A model generated the notes under the pieces. It saw only the letters and a list, made by a program, of their open reading frames with translations, made no database searches and was not told where the DNA came from. A stretch of 64,000 nucleotides of DNA from the NCBI GenBank assembly GCA_964234715.1, contig OZ174289.1; one strand, written 5' to 3'. The stretch comes from Podarcis melisellensis (Eukaryota). The position numbers were made by a program, and so were the translations under genes. This document shows, piece by piece, positions 49,556 through 61,821 of the stretch (position 1 is its first letter; the number at the start of each line of letters is the position of its first letter).

Positions 49556-52031
49556 TATTGTGAATCACAATGTGTGCATGTGCTATGCAAAAATCGCAAT
49601 GTGGGAAAACATGAATTTGGTCATTGCTCGTCTCCTCATTCCTGCTGCCCCTGTTGCTCTGCCATCTACAGAGAACCTCAAGAGCAGGCCCTGAAGAAAG
49701 TAGCCTACCCGGGAACTTTCCTCATGAGCTTCTAGTTTTAAGTGCAGGTGCCAGACTGGTAGGTGGTTGAGGGAGATGCTGGTCTTGCTGGGAACCCCGT
49801 TCCCCTTCCTTCCTCTTTCTTTGGGCTCCCTCTGCTGGCAGCGTCTGCCTGCCAGACCCTGACACCCAAGCCCTCTTGTGACCCTTGCAAGAAGAGGAAG
49901 CCTTTCAGCCTCGTCTCCCCAGAACCCCAGTGCTGCTGCCAGGCTTGCTTGGAAGCCAGTGCTAGTCCCCTGGAAAAGTTCACTGGGATCATTTACTTCT
50001 GAGTTAAAGAAAATAAAAACACCTTGCCCTCTTGTTTGTGCCTCTTTCCTCCCTTCTCCCCTTCTCTCTCCCCCTCTCCTCCCCTCTCTTTGTCTGTGTG
50101 TCCCTGGTGTCTATTAGGGAACATTCTTTCAACTTACCTATGGTACTAATCACTCCTACAGCTTTACTTTTACAGAAAATTACCCATACTATAAGACAAC
50201 AGTTGTAGCAGTAGGCTAAAGCTAAGTAAGGAATTGTCAGTTTTAGGCCCCAGTTGCCGGGACATTCCCTGTTAGCCTCTACATATTGTGATGTTTAGTT
50301 GGTGATGTATCACAGTGTTGGAAACCAGACACTGCCCGGCCCTAACAGGCACTGGTTGTGATTCATTAAACCAAACTGTACCCAGCAGACAATCAACCTC
50401 ATTTTCTCTTCTTCGCTGTCTTCCTGGGACAGAGGGGTTGTTAAGCTCCTAGCAGGAATCCACATAGGTACTGAATTTTGTCTCACTTGTTGGTTTCCAC
50501 AAGCATTAGACCTGGGATAAACCAAGCACTAAACTATTCCATTGTCTAAACAAGCTGTTCTGTGCTTTTAAAAGAGAACTTATAAAGGAAGCCAGCCCTA
50601 GATTGTGCCCCACTCCTCTTTCTCTCTCCCTGGCCCTTTCTTCCCTTGGCTGTGCTCCGTAACCTTTAATTTGGCAATACTACTCCTCTCCCCACTTTTT
50701 AAATAGGTGATGCAGTGTTGAGCAATTGAGCTTGAAAGCATATGAAGGAATGGGGCATGCTCAATTGAATTGTGTAGGAGGACCATGTTCTTGCCAGGAG
50801 AGTCAATATGTTTTCTGCTCCATTGAATGGGTGATTAGATTGATGTGGTTTATTTGTTAAATGATGGAAGTGGTTTTAAAAATAAATGAAGCACGAAGCA
50901 TCACTTCTGCTAGCACAGATAATTTATTATTACTGGCCTGGAAAGTGCTTCGTTTTGTAAATTGATCATTAATTTTATCAAGTGTTTGTTTAATGTAGTT
51001 CCACTTAAAAAATCATCAAAACCCACTTGACTTATTCTTCATTCTTGAATATGTAAATATGTAGAGAATGGGCAACGTAATTTCGTTTTCATAAAAAGGA
51101 CAATATTGAATGTTTTTACTTTTAAACACAGAGCTGGAGCTTCCCCGGTTCTTGTGCTCTTCTGGGTAATTTTCCCTCGAAGCGCTATTGTGCTTGTGTA
51201 CCTCACTTCCTGAACTACATTAAACAAAGAAGAACTTAATCTCTGCCATTCCTTTTAGAGGGATATTCAGAGAACAGATGGTCCTAAAGTGTTTTGTTTT
51301 CAAGATTTAAGAAATATACATATAGATGGAGTCTTAACTTCCTCCCCTCAGCCCTTACTTACATTATTGCATTGTATTATTCAGCTCACTGTCGTAAGTT
51401 TCTGTGACTTGTAATTTTCTCCTGAATGCAAACTTCTGCTAAGCCTTCTCTTAAAAACCTCCATGCTGCCTGTGACCCCCCTGCAGTGTGGCGAGAGGGA
51501 CAGTGGGCCTAGGATAGCTCCGGAGAGCCTTTGCTGGTTTTATTCTGTGCTGTGTTTGTTGGGAAGCCTTTTCCACTCCCAGCAGCCCTTGTTCCTAGGA
51601 TACGAGCAAGTGCTGTGCCAGGAGAGGAAATGCTGCCAGGCCAAAGAGCTGTCTTGGCCGGATGGTGTTCGCTGGTGTCCATATGGTCAGGTCGGAGCGT
51701 CTCCCCAGAGGCAAGTTAACGCACACTGGCTCAGCCACCTCCTTCCCTCCGGAGGTCCGCTGGAGGGCTCCTGCTGCCTGCCCATGTGTGAATCTTGATT
51801 AATTTTTCATTTTTAATGAAGTTTGATCATGTTTATTATTTCACATGATTGACTGCCTGGTACTCCTTCCATGTAATTGATAAAGCACATTTCTCTTCAT
51901 CTGTCTCTTGTTTCTTCAGGGCAAAGTTATAAGATTGTGTTCTGTGGTTAATGTTAGATTTATTGGTCCCATTAGATGTATAAATTATCTCTCTCTTTTC
52001 TCTCTCCCCCCCCCCCCCTTTCTCTCCGCAG

Positions 52032-52081
52032 GAAATTCTACAGACTCTGACCAAGTTCTGCTTCCCCTTCTGTGTGGACAG
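52032..52081 (+). CDS. DENND1A: DENND1A exon 4 (50 nt, uDENN region), EILQTLTKFCFPFCVD(S)
   Basis: Long CT/C pyrimidine tract ending ccgcag|, donor AG|gtagtg. Peptide matches human DENND1A EVLQTLTKFCFPFYVDS better than DENND1B/C (…PKFCFPFDVER). Confidence 0.96.
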
Positions 52082-52949
52082 GTAGTGTTAGATTTCTGTA
52101 CTTTACAAGAAGGGAAAAACAAAAACAAATAGCCCTCTGTCAATAAAACAGTTGCAGAGAATAAAAACCGCATCGTTCTTAATGCTTTTCCTACCTGAAC
52201 CTGATTTAAAACACCCAAGTGTAAATTACACTGGCAACATCCTTTTTTCTAAGGATTTTTATAGGCACCATCAAAAAAGTTTAAATTTTACCATGCTTCG
52301 ACCAACAGTCGTATCACTTTTCTTCTTGCTACTAATGAAGCTTTTAATGCCAAACTTAAAACTTCTGCTGATTTAATGGTTAGACTCCTGTGCTTGACAA
52401 CTTGCTGCATTTACAACCAAGGTTATAGGTATTCTGCAAGTGTGAGTCGCTGTGTTTATTTAATTTTGGAACTTCGCTTTCTAGAGTTTCAAAAGTTTTG
52501 GTTGGAGCAGTAAAAATATGTCTGCTGCCTCCCGCCCATGCACTCTCAATATCTGGAGCTAAATATCTGGATTTTGAACTGGGCTGAGCCAGAGCTACTT
52601 AGTGCCCTCCACATCTGGTGGTTTTAGCCCTCAGTCTCATTGTTCTGCTGCTGCTGCTGCTATTCTTGCCATCATTCGCCTTCTTCTTTGTCCTCACTGC
52701 CACATGACGTGGTTGGTGTTGCTATGCAATGCTCACGGGTGTCTGCAAACTAAAATCTGTGTGGGCCAATCCAGCCACTAGGCTTATATGGCGGTGCAGG
52801 TAAATGAGGCCAAGGGCATTAAGGCCAAACAGAAGAGGAAAGATAGAACCCAGGAGCAGACTCCAGGGAGGACAAAAAGGGAGGAATAGCAGTGGCAAGG
52901 TGAGTAGTTCTTTTTCTTCTAATCATTCCACTGTGCCAAATGTCCTAGT

Positions 52950-53230
52950 CAGGGGTGCCATCTCCCAGGGGCCGAGCCCTTTTGGGCCCCCTCAATATTT
53001 TTGGGAGAGGGGGCCAGCCTCCCTCAATGCTCAAAGGAAGTGCAGGAAGTCAACCGCGAAGCTGAGCGTAGTGCTACTTCAGTGGTCGACTCCTCCTCGG
53101 AGGATGGAGCGGGGAACAGCTCCCAGCCAATGGCGGAGGCAGCAACAGCCGCCGCTGGCCATTTAACCCCCCAGCTCCTCCTGACGTAGAGACGGCATCT
53201 ACGCAACGTCGGCCCATCCATTCCCCTTTG
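52950..53230. mobile_element. Probable GC-rich non-autonomous hAT element
   Basis: caggggtgcca start; flanks gtcctagt / gtgctagt (7/8 match); right TIR degenerate. Confidence 0.5.
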
Positions 53231-55329
53231 GTGCTAGTTTTGGCATGAATATCCATATGGAATTCACCTGGAGAGCTGAGTGCTGGAGTGCAGCCTTTGC
53301 TGCAGAAAGTCCTACCCCCAGCGTCACCACTCAGATTGACCACATAGCCAGTGATGGGAAAAGGCCCTCTCTGCCTGAGACCTTGAAGAGCTCCTTCTAG
53401 CCTGAGGAGGCTGGAGTGGGCTAACTGGACCGCCATCCAGTTCACTGGAAGGGGGCTTCATATATTAATGGGGAATATTTGGGGCAGCTGTGTTAGTACT
53501 AGTTTGCCTGTGACCTTCTCTTTGGGAGCTCTTTTTCCTGAGCTAGGAATAGTGAGATGATAGTGATGATAATATAGCTGATTCACTTATTTTTGCTTCT
53601 TAACGTGCCCCATTCTGGGCCAGGTAAGCACTTTCAAATCTCTAACCCAGCTACAGAAATGATAGCAGATACCTATCAAAAAGCAAAGTTCCCTTTGCCT
53701 TGTGTATTGGTATTTCCTTATGCTGCCTTTACCCCGGATGTGGACAAGCAAGATGTCTCAAGATGAGCTCTGCTGAGCCTTTAGGGGAAGGAAGCGAATT
53801 GCCAAGAACACCTTCCTCCTGGGCTCTGCAGCGGATGGAAAGCATGGTCTTAAACCACACAACTGGTCTTCTAGTGCAAATATCTAGAAGAAGCAGATGC
53901 TCTTGCTGCTGGCTTTTTAACAGCAGTATTTCCTCGTTCACTTGGTAGTAAATATTCACATTGTGTGAAGTGGTACCCCTGCCGCTCCCGGGCTCCCATC
54001 TTCTTAGACTTGCAGTAGCTAACGTCAAGAACTATTTTTGACCATAATCTAAATCTGATCTTAATCACAATCGTTCCAGAAACATGTTTTCCTCATTTCT
54101 GTGGAATTTGCATGGCATCTGCAGGGAGGAGGGTCTCCCCACCCGCACCCTTGAATAAATCATGATTATTTGCAATTCATACTTGTATTTTCCTCTGAGC
54201 ATTTGTTCACCTATCATTTTTACCCCACAGGCCAGACTGAATATGTATCCAGGGGATAAATCAATATGTTCTTTATATATTTTTAAAAAGCCAAAAATCT
54301 CTTTAAAAAAACAAAGTAAAACTCTACTGACATGAGGATAAACACAGGAGTTGGGCATTTTAATAGCATCAGCCCATTCTTTAACTCACCCCAACCCTGT
54401 TTGCATAACTGGTTGATATTTTTTGTATATACAACGCAAACACAGACACACACTTTTGCCGGGGCTTAATTTATGCTTTGAATGCTGTACTCAATTGTAA
54501 TTTGTGCTTTGAATGCTGGACTCAATTGTTGGAACAAGCGAAATAATGAAGAAAAGAGTGCCTCTGGTGGTGTGCAGAGTCCTTTGTGTCTGGGGATGCT
54601 ACAGAGCTTTCATGTTAGTGTGGAAGGGGACTCACAATAAGCTTCAGCTCCAGGACCCACCCCCTCCCCATAGAAATTAATCACTGAATTCCTTCCCTGC
54701 CCTGTAGATACACTGGTCTTCTGCTGAATTGCCTGTGTATCTGTGCAGCTTCTTAAAGACCCCAGTGGAAGAGGAATGTGGCAAAACCTCATGAATTTCT
54801 GTGGCAGGGCTTAGGGGTAGGGGAGTCTGATTCCATCCTCTCATCACCATTTTGTTGCTGTTGCAACTTAAAAAGACTCATACACTGGAAGCAGAAATGA
54901 GCTTTGTCAATTACTTCCCTCTGAAGAGCCCCAGGTTTATAACTCTGATTAAGACAATCAATTCTGGGCAGGTCCCTTTCTGGAAGAAAGCTAACATCTG
55001 TTTCTTGGCACAAGCTAAGGTGGATCTTGGGATGGAGTGAAAGGCGGAGAGGCCTTGGCGCTGGTGGAGAATTGTCCTGCCTTCGAACATTGGCCTGTCT
55101 CCTCCACCCCATGTTCCTTTCATCTCAGTTTCATGATTCTTTGAACTTTTAATTGAATAAAAGAATAACTAGAGATAATGCTGTAATTTTGGCAAGCATT
55201 ACCCAGAGATGGTCTTGGTGAAATAATCACTGTTTGCTCTGGGAAGGGAAAAAGCCCCCCCCCCTTCTCTGCCTACCTTCAGTGCCCTTTCTTGGCTCAC
55301 TCTGGGGGCTTCCCACAATTCCCGATGGC

Positions 55330-55369
<40 letters not shown>

Positions 55370-55423
55370 TTATTTGTACCCAGCTCATCTGACAGGGTGC
55401 CCCTGCCACTCTGGGTGGCTTCC
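55330..55423 (-). mobile_element. (AAT)n microsatellite seeded by a LINE (L2-like) 3' tail
   Basis: About 13 aat units then ttatttgtacccagctcatctg…gccactctgggtggcttcca; same tail family at about 215-258 and 7135-7211. Confidence 0.6.
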
Positions 55424-55524
55424 AGTTTTGCTATGCTCACCCTGTCCATCTCTTTTGGGTGGCCCAGCTGGAGTCCTTGCTGTTTTGTGGCTGTTTCATC
55501 ATTCACAAAAAGGAATGGGTTATT

Positions 55525-55677
55525 GACAAAGTATTCCATGAAATTCTTGCGAGGAAGCTGGTAAAATGTGGGTTGAACGAGGTAACTGATAGGTGGATTG
55601 GTAGCTAGTTGACTGACCAATCCCAGAGTACTCACAAATGGTTCCTTGTCATCCTGGTAAAAAGTGACAAGTGGGGG
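55525..55677 (+). mobile_element. CR1 reverse transcriptase fragment
   Basis: DKVFHEILARKLVKCGL…RWI…(Q)RVLTNGSLSSW.KVTSG. Confidence 0.8.
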
Positions 55678-57004
55678 TGGTGCAGATGGTGATGGGAGCC
55701 GTGATGCGACTGGTAGGTTTGGGAATCTGTCTCTGGGCAAGGAAAGCTGAGTGAGGTTCCTGGGGAGTCGTCAGCTGCAGCTTGGCATACGGCAGAGCAG
55801 TGAATGCTTGTGTTGTCTGGGCCCTGACTGCCTGGCCAGCAGGATATTTTCTTGGCCTGCACAATGTTGACTTCTCTGCTTAGGGAATTCCTAGATGCTG
55901 GTTTTGCAGCTCCAGCTACTAGCACAGCGCTGAACCATAGAAGAGACTGTTCCTGCCCCCGTTCCTCAGGGATCATTGAACCAGAGGTTCTCACTTGTGG
56001 AAAAGGGAGACTCAGATTTATCTTAATGCCTTAGCAAGTTAATGAAAACCAATCTCCTTTTGTCATAAAAGTTGCGCACGCCTCATAAATGCTCTGGTTT
56101 TAATTGTGGACCAGCGTGGCATATGTCTCTCATCCTCTAACCTTCCTCTTACTAAGATTAAGCATTGAATCACCATAGTAACCTTGCATCTACAGACAAA
56201 GTAGAATGGCCATTGGAGAGGGTCTTTGGAGAGTCCTAGGCAGAGGCCTGGCATTGAAAGCATTGCTTGTTTCTTCTCCCTTTCTGTATTGCTGGGACCT
56301 TCTCTGCTGCCTTCTCATTCTTAGGCTCCCGTTTTCTCATCTGGAGAAGACATGGCCTTTTGCCTCGGCTGTTCACAGGATTCCCACGTTGGTGAGGATG
56401 CCTGCCTAGTTCCTGATTGCATTACTTGTAGGTCCAAGCTGCATTTTAATAATAGGGAACCTGGATCTCATCATAGGTGAATGAGAGAGAATTAGGGGGT
56501 TGAATTCAGAAGGGTGTTTACCTGGCCCAATCTCCTGCTGAGAGGTCTTTATGCCTGCCAGTCTCACTCTCCTGTGAATAAAGTTTCAAAGCCCAGACCC
56601 AAGGAGAGAGCAGTTGCTTTGCAGATAAGTGCCCACAGAATGAAGTGCTCTAGACATTTCATAAGGTGTCTAGCAGGCAGTACAGTACTTATCCACCCTT
56701 ACAACCTCTGGGGTAAGGGTGGTGCTGGGTTTGAGCCTGATCTTTCTGCAGATGGTGTACCAAGGCAGGCAGAGAGACTAGTATAATGTCATCCTGTAGG
56801 TTTTTACATGAAGAGGGTTCTTGCACCAGATTCCTTAGTCTTGGCCCTTCTGCCTTCCCTATAGTTTATTTTGTTTTTTTCTGCCCATATTACATTTTGA
56901 CAGATGGAAGTTCTGAGACAATCTTGGTTTGCAAACCTTCAAAAAGTGGAAACAAAAAAAATTCCTTCCAGTAGCACCTTAAAGACCAACTAAGTTAGTT
57001 CTTG

Positions 57005-57042
57005 GTATGAGCTTTCGTGTGCATGCACACTTCTTCAGATAC
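57005..57042 (-). ncRNA. Minimal type I hammerhead ribozyme motif (antisense arm)
   Basis: Identical to the 14733-14770 motif. Confidence 0.8.
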
Positions 57043-57085
57043 ACAGTGTGCATGCACTTCTTCAGTGCATGCACACTTCTTCAGT

Positions 57086-57123
57086 GTATCTGAAGAAGTG
57101 TGCATGCACACGAAAGCTCATAC
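57086..57123 (+). ncRNA. Minimal type I hammerhead ribozyme motif (sense to DENND1A)
   Basis: gtat ctgaaga a gtgtg catg cacac gaaa gc tc atac; predicted cleavage 3' of C57119. Confidence 0.8.
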
Positions 57124-57261
57124 CAAGAACTAACTTAGTTGGTCTTTAAGGTGCTACTGGAAGGAATTTTTTTTGTTTTGACTATGGCAGACAAACACGG
57201 CTACCTATCTGTAACTTCAAAAAGTGGGTTGAGCAATTAGACATCCCTCCCAATGGGTATA

Positions 57262-57614
57262 GGGACGCGGGTGGCACTGTAGGTTAAACCAGAGAGCCTA
57301 GGACTTGCCAATCAGAAGGTCGGCGGTTCAAATCCCCACGACGGGGTGAGCACCCGTTGCTCGGTCCCTGCTCCTGCCAACCTAACTGTTCAAAAACACG
57401 TCAAAGTGCAAGCAGATAAATAGGTACCGCTCCGGCGGGAAGGTAAACGGCATTTCCATGTGCTGCTCTGGTTTGCCAGAAGCGGCTTAGTCCTGCTGGC
57501 CACATGACCCAGAAGCTGTACGCCGGCTCCCTCGGCCAGTAAAGCGAGATGAGCACAGCAACCCCAGAGTCGGTCACGACGACCTAATGGTCAGGGGTCC
57601 CTTTAACTTTACCT
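57262..57614 (+). mobile_element. Sauria SINE (Squam1), full length
   Basis: Same subfamily as 6101; TSD aatgggtata (57252-57261, 57615-57624). Confidence 0.95.
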
Positions 57615-57774
57615 AATGGGTATAAGGTGACCCAGGTTGAAGAATAAACAGTGTGCCACCATAAATTTATTTACAAATGCAGCAATTAGCAAGACAACTG
57701 TATGAATGAACGGAGAGTTACTCCATGCATCAGAAAAGCTGTTGTTGTGCAGTTTCCACAAGGAAGAAACTTCA

Positions 57775-57972
57775 AGGCTACTGGTTCAATTTCAGCTTAG
57801 CCACAAATCTTCCAGGTGGCCTTAGGCTAGCTGGTCACTCTCGAAGCCTCAGTCCCCTGCTTCTATGGGGATAATATTTCTGACCTAACCCTTAATGGAG
57901 TTGCACTGAGGTTTTCTTGAAAATAAGTATATAGCACTTTGAATGCTGAAAGTGCTCTATACATGCTAAGTA
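57775..57972 (+). mobile_element. Old MIR-like CORE SINE
   Basis: ggttcaattt B box, gtggccttaggc…gcctcagtcccc…atggggataata CORE, aaagtgctctatacatgctaagtat tail. Confidence 0.6.
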
Positions 57973-59065
57973 TGGTTAGCCTTTGGCCTTCTTAAAGAAT
58001 GATCCAGTCCTCTGCTTTGTCTCTGAGCCATGCCTGATTGTTCTGTAGGAGTGAGCTCAGGATCACAAGCCTGCAATTTGCCTGTGTGTGATGTGGCATT
58101 CACAAAAACCTGGCAAAGCATAAAGAAATTAGGCTGCATGTTATATACGTTTTTCCTCCTGTACCCCATTCTGGAAATTCATGCTTTAAGTAATAGGTTT
58201 CACACATGGTATAAAGCAAGCTGTTATTTATGAGAGAGGTATCAAGCTGCTAGCAGTAATATCCTTTACTAATTATAGTGTTAGGAAAGGAGGCTTTCTA
58301 CCCCTGCTTTTAGCTTCTGGTGCCTTTCTCCCCCCTGCTCTGCTTCGGTTTTTAGCCAGAGATGTATTTTTTTCAAGAGTGTTTGAGGAGCTGCTCCTAT
58401 AGAGGTGAGCTCCTTTGCAAGGCAGGAGGGGGCCCAGCATTGTCAAACAATATTGTTGCATTGTTTGCTCTCTTGTAGGCAAGGCAAATGAGCACCTTGC
58501 CGCAGAGTGGAAGTTGATCATAACTTTCAGAAAAGGCCCAGATATGAACCGTGTTATCAAGATTGTTCCTTGGTGTGTGGGATGTGCTTTGGAGCAATTG
58601 TGCAGAGAGGGCGAGCTTTGGTGAAGAGCCGTCTTGCTGCTACAGCACCTTTTGGAGGAGGACTCTGGAGAGTTCAGCATTCAGGCACAATTCAAAGGAA
58701 AGGCTGCGCCTTTTTGTTAGGGCATATTCTGCGCTCCCATTTAATTTCCCCCCCTTTTGTCCCTGGAATACAGTAGTTTATTTTTTTACTTGTAGTAAAC
58801 TTGGGGAAATGGGTCTGAACGTTTTTGAACTGAGGTATTATTAATCACAAAACCTGGAATCACAGCATCCCCTTTGTGTGCGGTTTCCCCCCTTAAATGA
58901 ATACTTTAGTTTTAAAAAAGAAGTAACCAAAAGTTCTCTCCCAGTTTCTTGAGAAAACTCAAAGCTTTCTATTCTGGACATAGAGTCTATTTTTTTTAGA
59001 AAAAAGGAGAGAGTGCTGCATAACTGTGTTGGTTGTGTTGCATAGTTTGAAAGCTTCATGTAAAT

Positions 59066-59067
<2 letters not shown>

Positions 59068-59111
<44 letters not shown>

Positions 59112-59128
59112 TGATGATGATGATGTTG
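59068..59128. repeat. (AAT)n(GAT)n compound microsatellite
   Basis: Direct observation. Confidence 0.95.
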
Positions 59129-60855
59129 ATAATGTTATCCACCTATAATTATATACCCAAAGATCTAAGACAAACAGACCTAAAACTAGTTGTCTTCAGT
59201 TGGTGGTAATCAGCAGTATCAAATACCTGGTTACATAGAATGGAATTTAAAATCTCAAATAAGATATATAACCTTTCTGTTAATTAACGGGAAGGCCTAG
59301 TTAGAGAGATAACATTTTTTCTTTGGGTAGTATCTTCACACACCTGGCTGAAACTTGCAGTTTTGGCCACAACAGCCAAAAGGCTTATGCAGTTCTTCAG
59401 CTATGTTGGGTTTTCCCCTACCTAGCCAGTTTTATGGCTGGCTTTTAAAAAGATTTAGTAATTCGGAATCTCTGTTAGTGATGACATCCTTAACACAAAC
59501 AAATAACTTCCCACGAAAGGTCAGACCCAAAACACTGGCCTTGTCTAGCTGAGAAGGTGTTAGATGGTATTTGCCACCAAACAAGTCTTCTGCAGAAACC
59601 CACTTATATAAAGTAGGATTGCAATGTTTGGCTGATTTGGTTGTGTAACTGTAACAACTGGATGGACCAGGTTGAGGAAAGCTGGGTTAGATCAATCTAT
59701 TAAAAACTAGGGTTGTCACCTGTTTAAAGAAGTATTAGTTAATCATCATAATCTTAATTAACCGAAGCAAAAAGCATTGTTTGACAATGCATGCATGTTG
59801 TCATAGGAGACGTTGTCTTACGTATTCGCTCTGTGTTGGGGGCAGAATGCCTTTTGAAAAGTCTGCAGTGTTTCAGAAGGCCATTTGGCTTCTTTAAAAT
59901 TACCTTGAGTGATTGTGCTATTTCTCAGTGGCTAATTTCCAGTGGTGGAGAGAGGTCATGGAAGCCTATCTCTAGCAATCCCAAATTTAAGGGAAAGACA
60001 CTCTGCGTATGCTCAGATGCACCCTCCTATCTTCCAAACTAATTTTGGCAGAACTAACACATTGCTCTCATCTGGCTGTTGGCATACCTGTTTCCTTTAC
60101 TGAAGCACTGACTGTTACCCCATGATATCAGAAGACAAAGAGGGAAAGTTTGTTGCACCCTGTAAAGAAGCCTAAATCCATTTGACTAAAACTGCCTATT
60201 TCCCCTTGTTTATGCTTGCTTCTCTCCCCCGCCCCCCTGTTTTCTCCCTTGGGTTGAATTTTAGATTGGAAGCCCCTCAGGACAGAGACCTGTCCTCTTG
60301 GGCTTGGTAAAGCAGTCCTGTGGCCGGCCCTCCAGAAGCTGCTGGGCTTCAGTCCTCATCACCCCTGAGCACTGGCCATGTGGGCTGGGGTGACACCTGG
60401 GGGCCACAGGTGCTCCATCCCAACTGTGTACAGTGATGACACTAGAGTATTAGTATGATGGCTAGTGCTGTGGTGGTTGTCCCTGTGGTTCGTACTATTT
60501 ATTAATAAATGTGAATCATGAAACTCTTCCTAAATTGTAAGGTTATAATCTGCAAAGAAGCCAGGGGGGAGGTGATTCAGCAAACACACGTGGGATGTTG
60601 GCTCTGCCTCAGTATCATAAATTTAAGGGATTCTTAAATTCAAAGGTTTGGGGCTGGTGCAGTTTTGGTTTTAGGTAGTGCTGTACTTAACCACGGTGGG
60701 TCCAGCTGAACTGGACCTTTCCTTGCCTTCCTTCTCTCAGAAGCGGCACAGAGAAAGGAAGTGCTGCTGGTTCAATGACTTAAGTCTGTTTAGATACTTG
60801 GCGTGGTTGCAATGAACAGCCCATTAATAGATTCCTTTGTTCTCCCCATTTCCAG

Positions 60856-60975
60856 CCTCACAGTTGGCCAAGTTGGCCAGAACTTCACTTTTGTGCTCAC
60901 AGACATTGACAGCAAGCAGAGGTTTGGGTTCTGCCGCTTATCGTCGGGGGCCAAGACTTGCTTCTGTATCTTAAG
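60856..60975 (+). CDS. DENND1A: DENND1A exon 5 (120 nt), (S)LTVGQVGQNFTFVLTDIDSKQRFGFCRLSSGAKTCFCIL(S)
   Basis: Acceptor ttccag|, donor AAG|gtaagt, phase 2 continuing exon 4. Near-identical to the human uDENN segment LTVSQVGQNFTFVLTDIDSKQRFGFCRL. Confidence 0.97.
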
Positions 60976-61129
60976 GTAAGTCAGAATGCAGCCCTTCTGC
61001 TGCCGCCACTGCCTTGCTCTGGGAAGCAATGTTGACATCCTGCTTCTGTTGCTTTTAATTAACACTTTCCAGCTGTTAAGAGAATCACTTTCCTATCTGT
61101 TCCTCGGGAAGTCACTGCACTTCAGGAGA

Positions 61130-61163
61130 TGTGTGTGTGTGTGTGTGCGTGTGCGTGTGTGTG
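61130..61163. repeat. (TG)n microsatellite with TGCG interruptions
   Basis: Direct observation. Confidence 0.9.
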
Positions 61164-61545
61164 CCAGAAAACTTCTTGTGCTCCGGCGTTCTTCCTCTCC
61201 TGTTATCAGCATTTTTAATTTTTTTTTGACTCAGTTGTTTCTGAGTTGATGGGAGAATCATCGCCTTGTCCCTGTGATGAACTGGCTGCGAGAGAGGACA
61301 GTTGCTGCCACAAACGGGCTGCGTAGAAGTCTGTATAGGTAATTTTTCTGTGAAGGAGTTTTGATTGGAACAAGAGAGGTATTCCTTGGGAGTCAGCACC
61401 ATCATGTCATTCTCAAGCATGCCACAAGACTGTTGCTGTGTGAACAAAGGCAATCTGCACTGGCCACTTTTGTTGGCATTAATGAGGAGGGTGTTTGCCT
61501 GGCTCCCATATCCTTTGCACTCACTTCATTTTACAGGAGGACATT

Positions 61546-61600
61546 TCCTCCTCCTCCTCCTCCTCCTCCTCCTCCTCCTCCTCCTCCTCCTTCTTCTTCC
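61546..61600. repeat. (CCT)n(TTC)n microsatellite
   Basis: Direct observation. Confidence 0.95.
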
Positions 61601-61770
61601 CATGAGGAGCTTCAGTTTTTAAGAAAGAGAGAGGTATGCCCTGACTGTGGTGCACTGAGGTGCCCTGGGAAGGGTTCGGACACACTCTATTTTGGTAACA
61701 TTCACATGAATAAACAGTGCAAGAGTGTATATGCATGTAAATAAGTGCTGCACATCTAAGCAATGATTGA

Positions 61771-61780
61771 AACAACAACA

Positions 61781-61811
<31 letters not shown>

Positions 61812-61821
61812 CAACAACAAC
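61771..61821. repeat. (CAA)n(CAG)n(CAA)n microsatellite
   Basis: Direct observation; intronic. Confidence 0.95.

Larger units (their letters stand above)
56950..57214 (+). mobile_element. Penelope-like element remnant (inverted pseudo-LTR palindrome), second copy
   Basis: 13-bp TSD cttcaaaaagtgg (56937-56949, 57215-57227); perfect 95-bp arms (56950-57044 / 57084-57178); scrambled 39-nt spacer; 3' extension as in the 14677 copy. Confidence 0.9.

Noticed and set aside
54471-54529. Approximately 31-bp tandem duplication (also short ones near 3904, 21550 and 36260)
   Set aside because: Ordinary local slippage duplications with no further structure.
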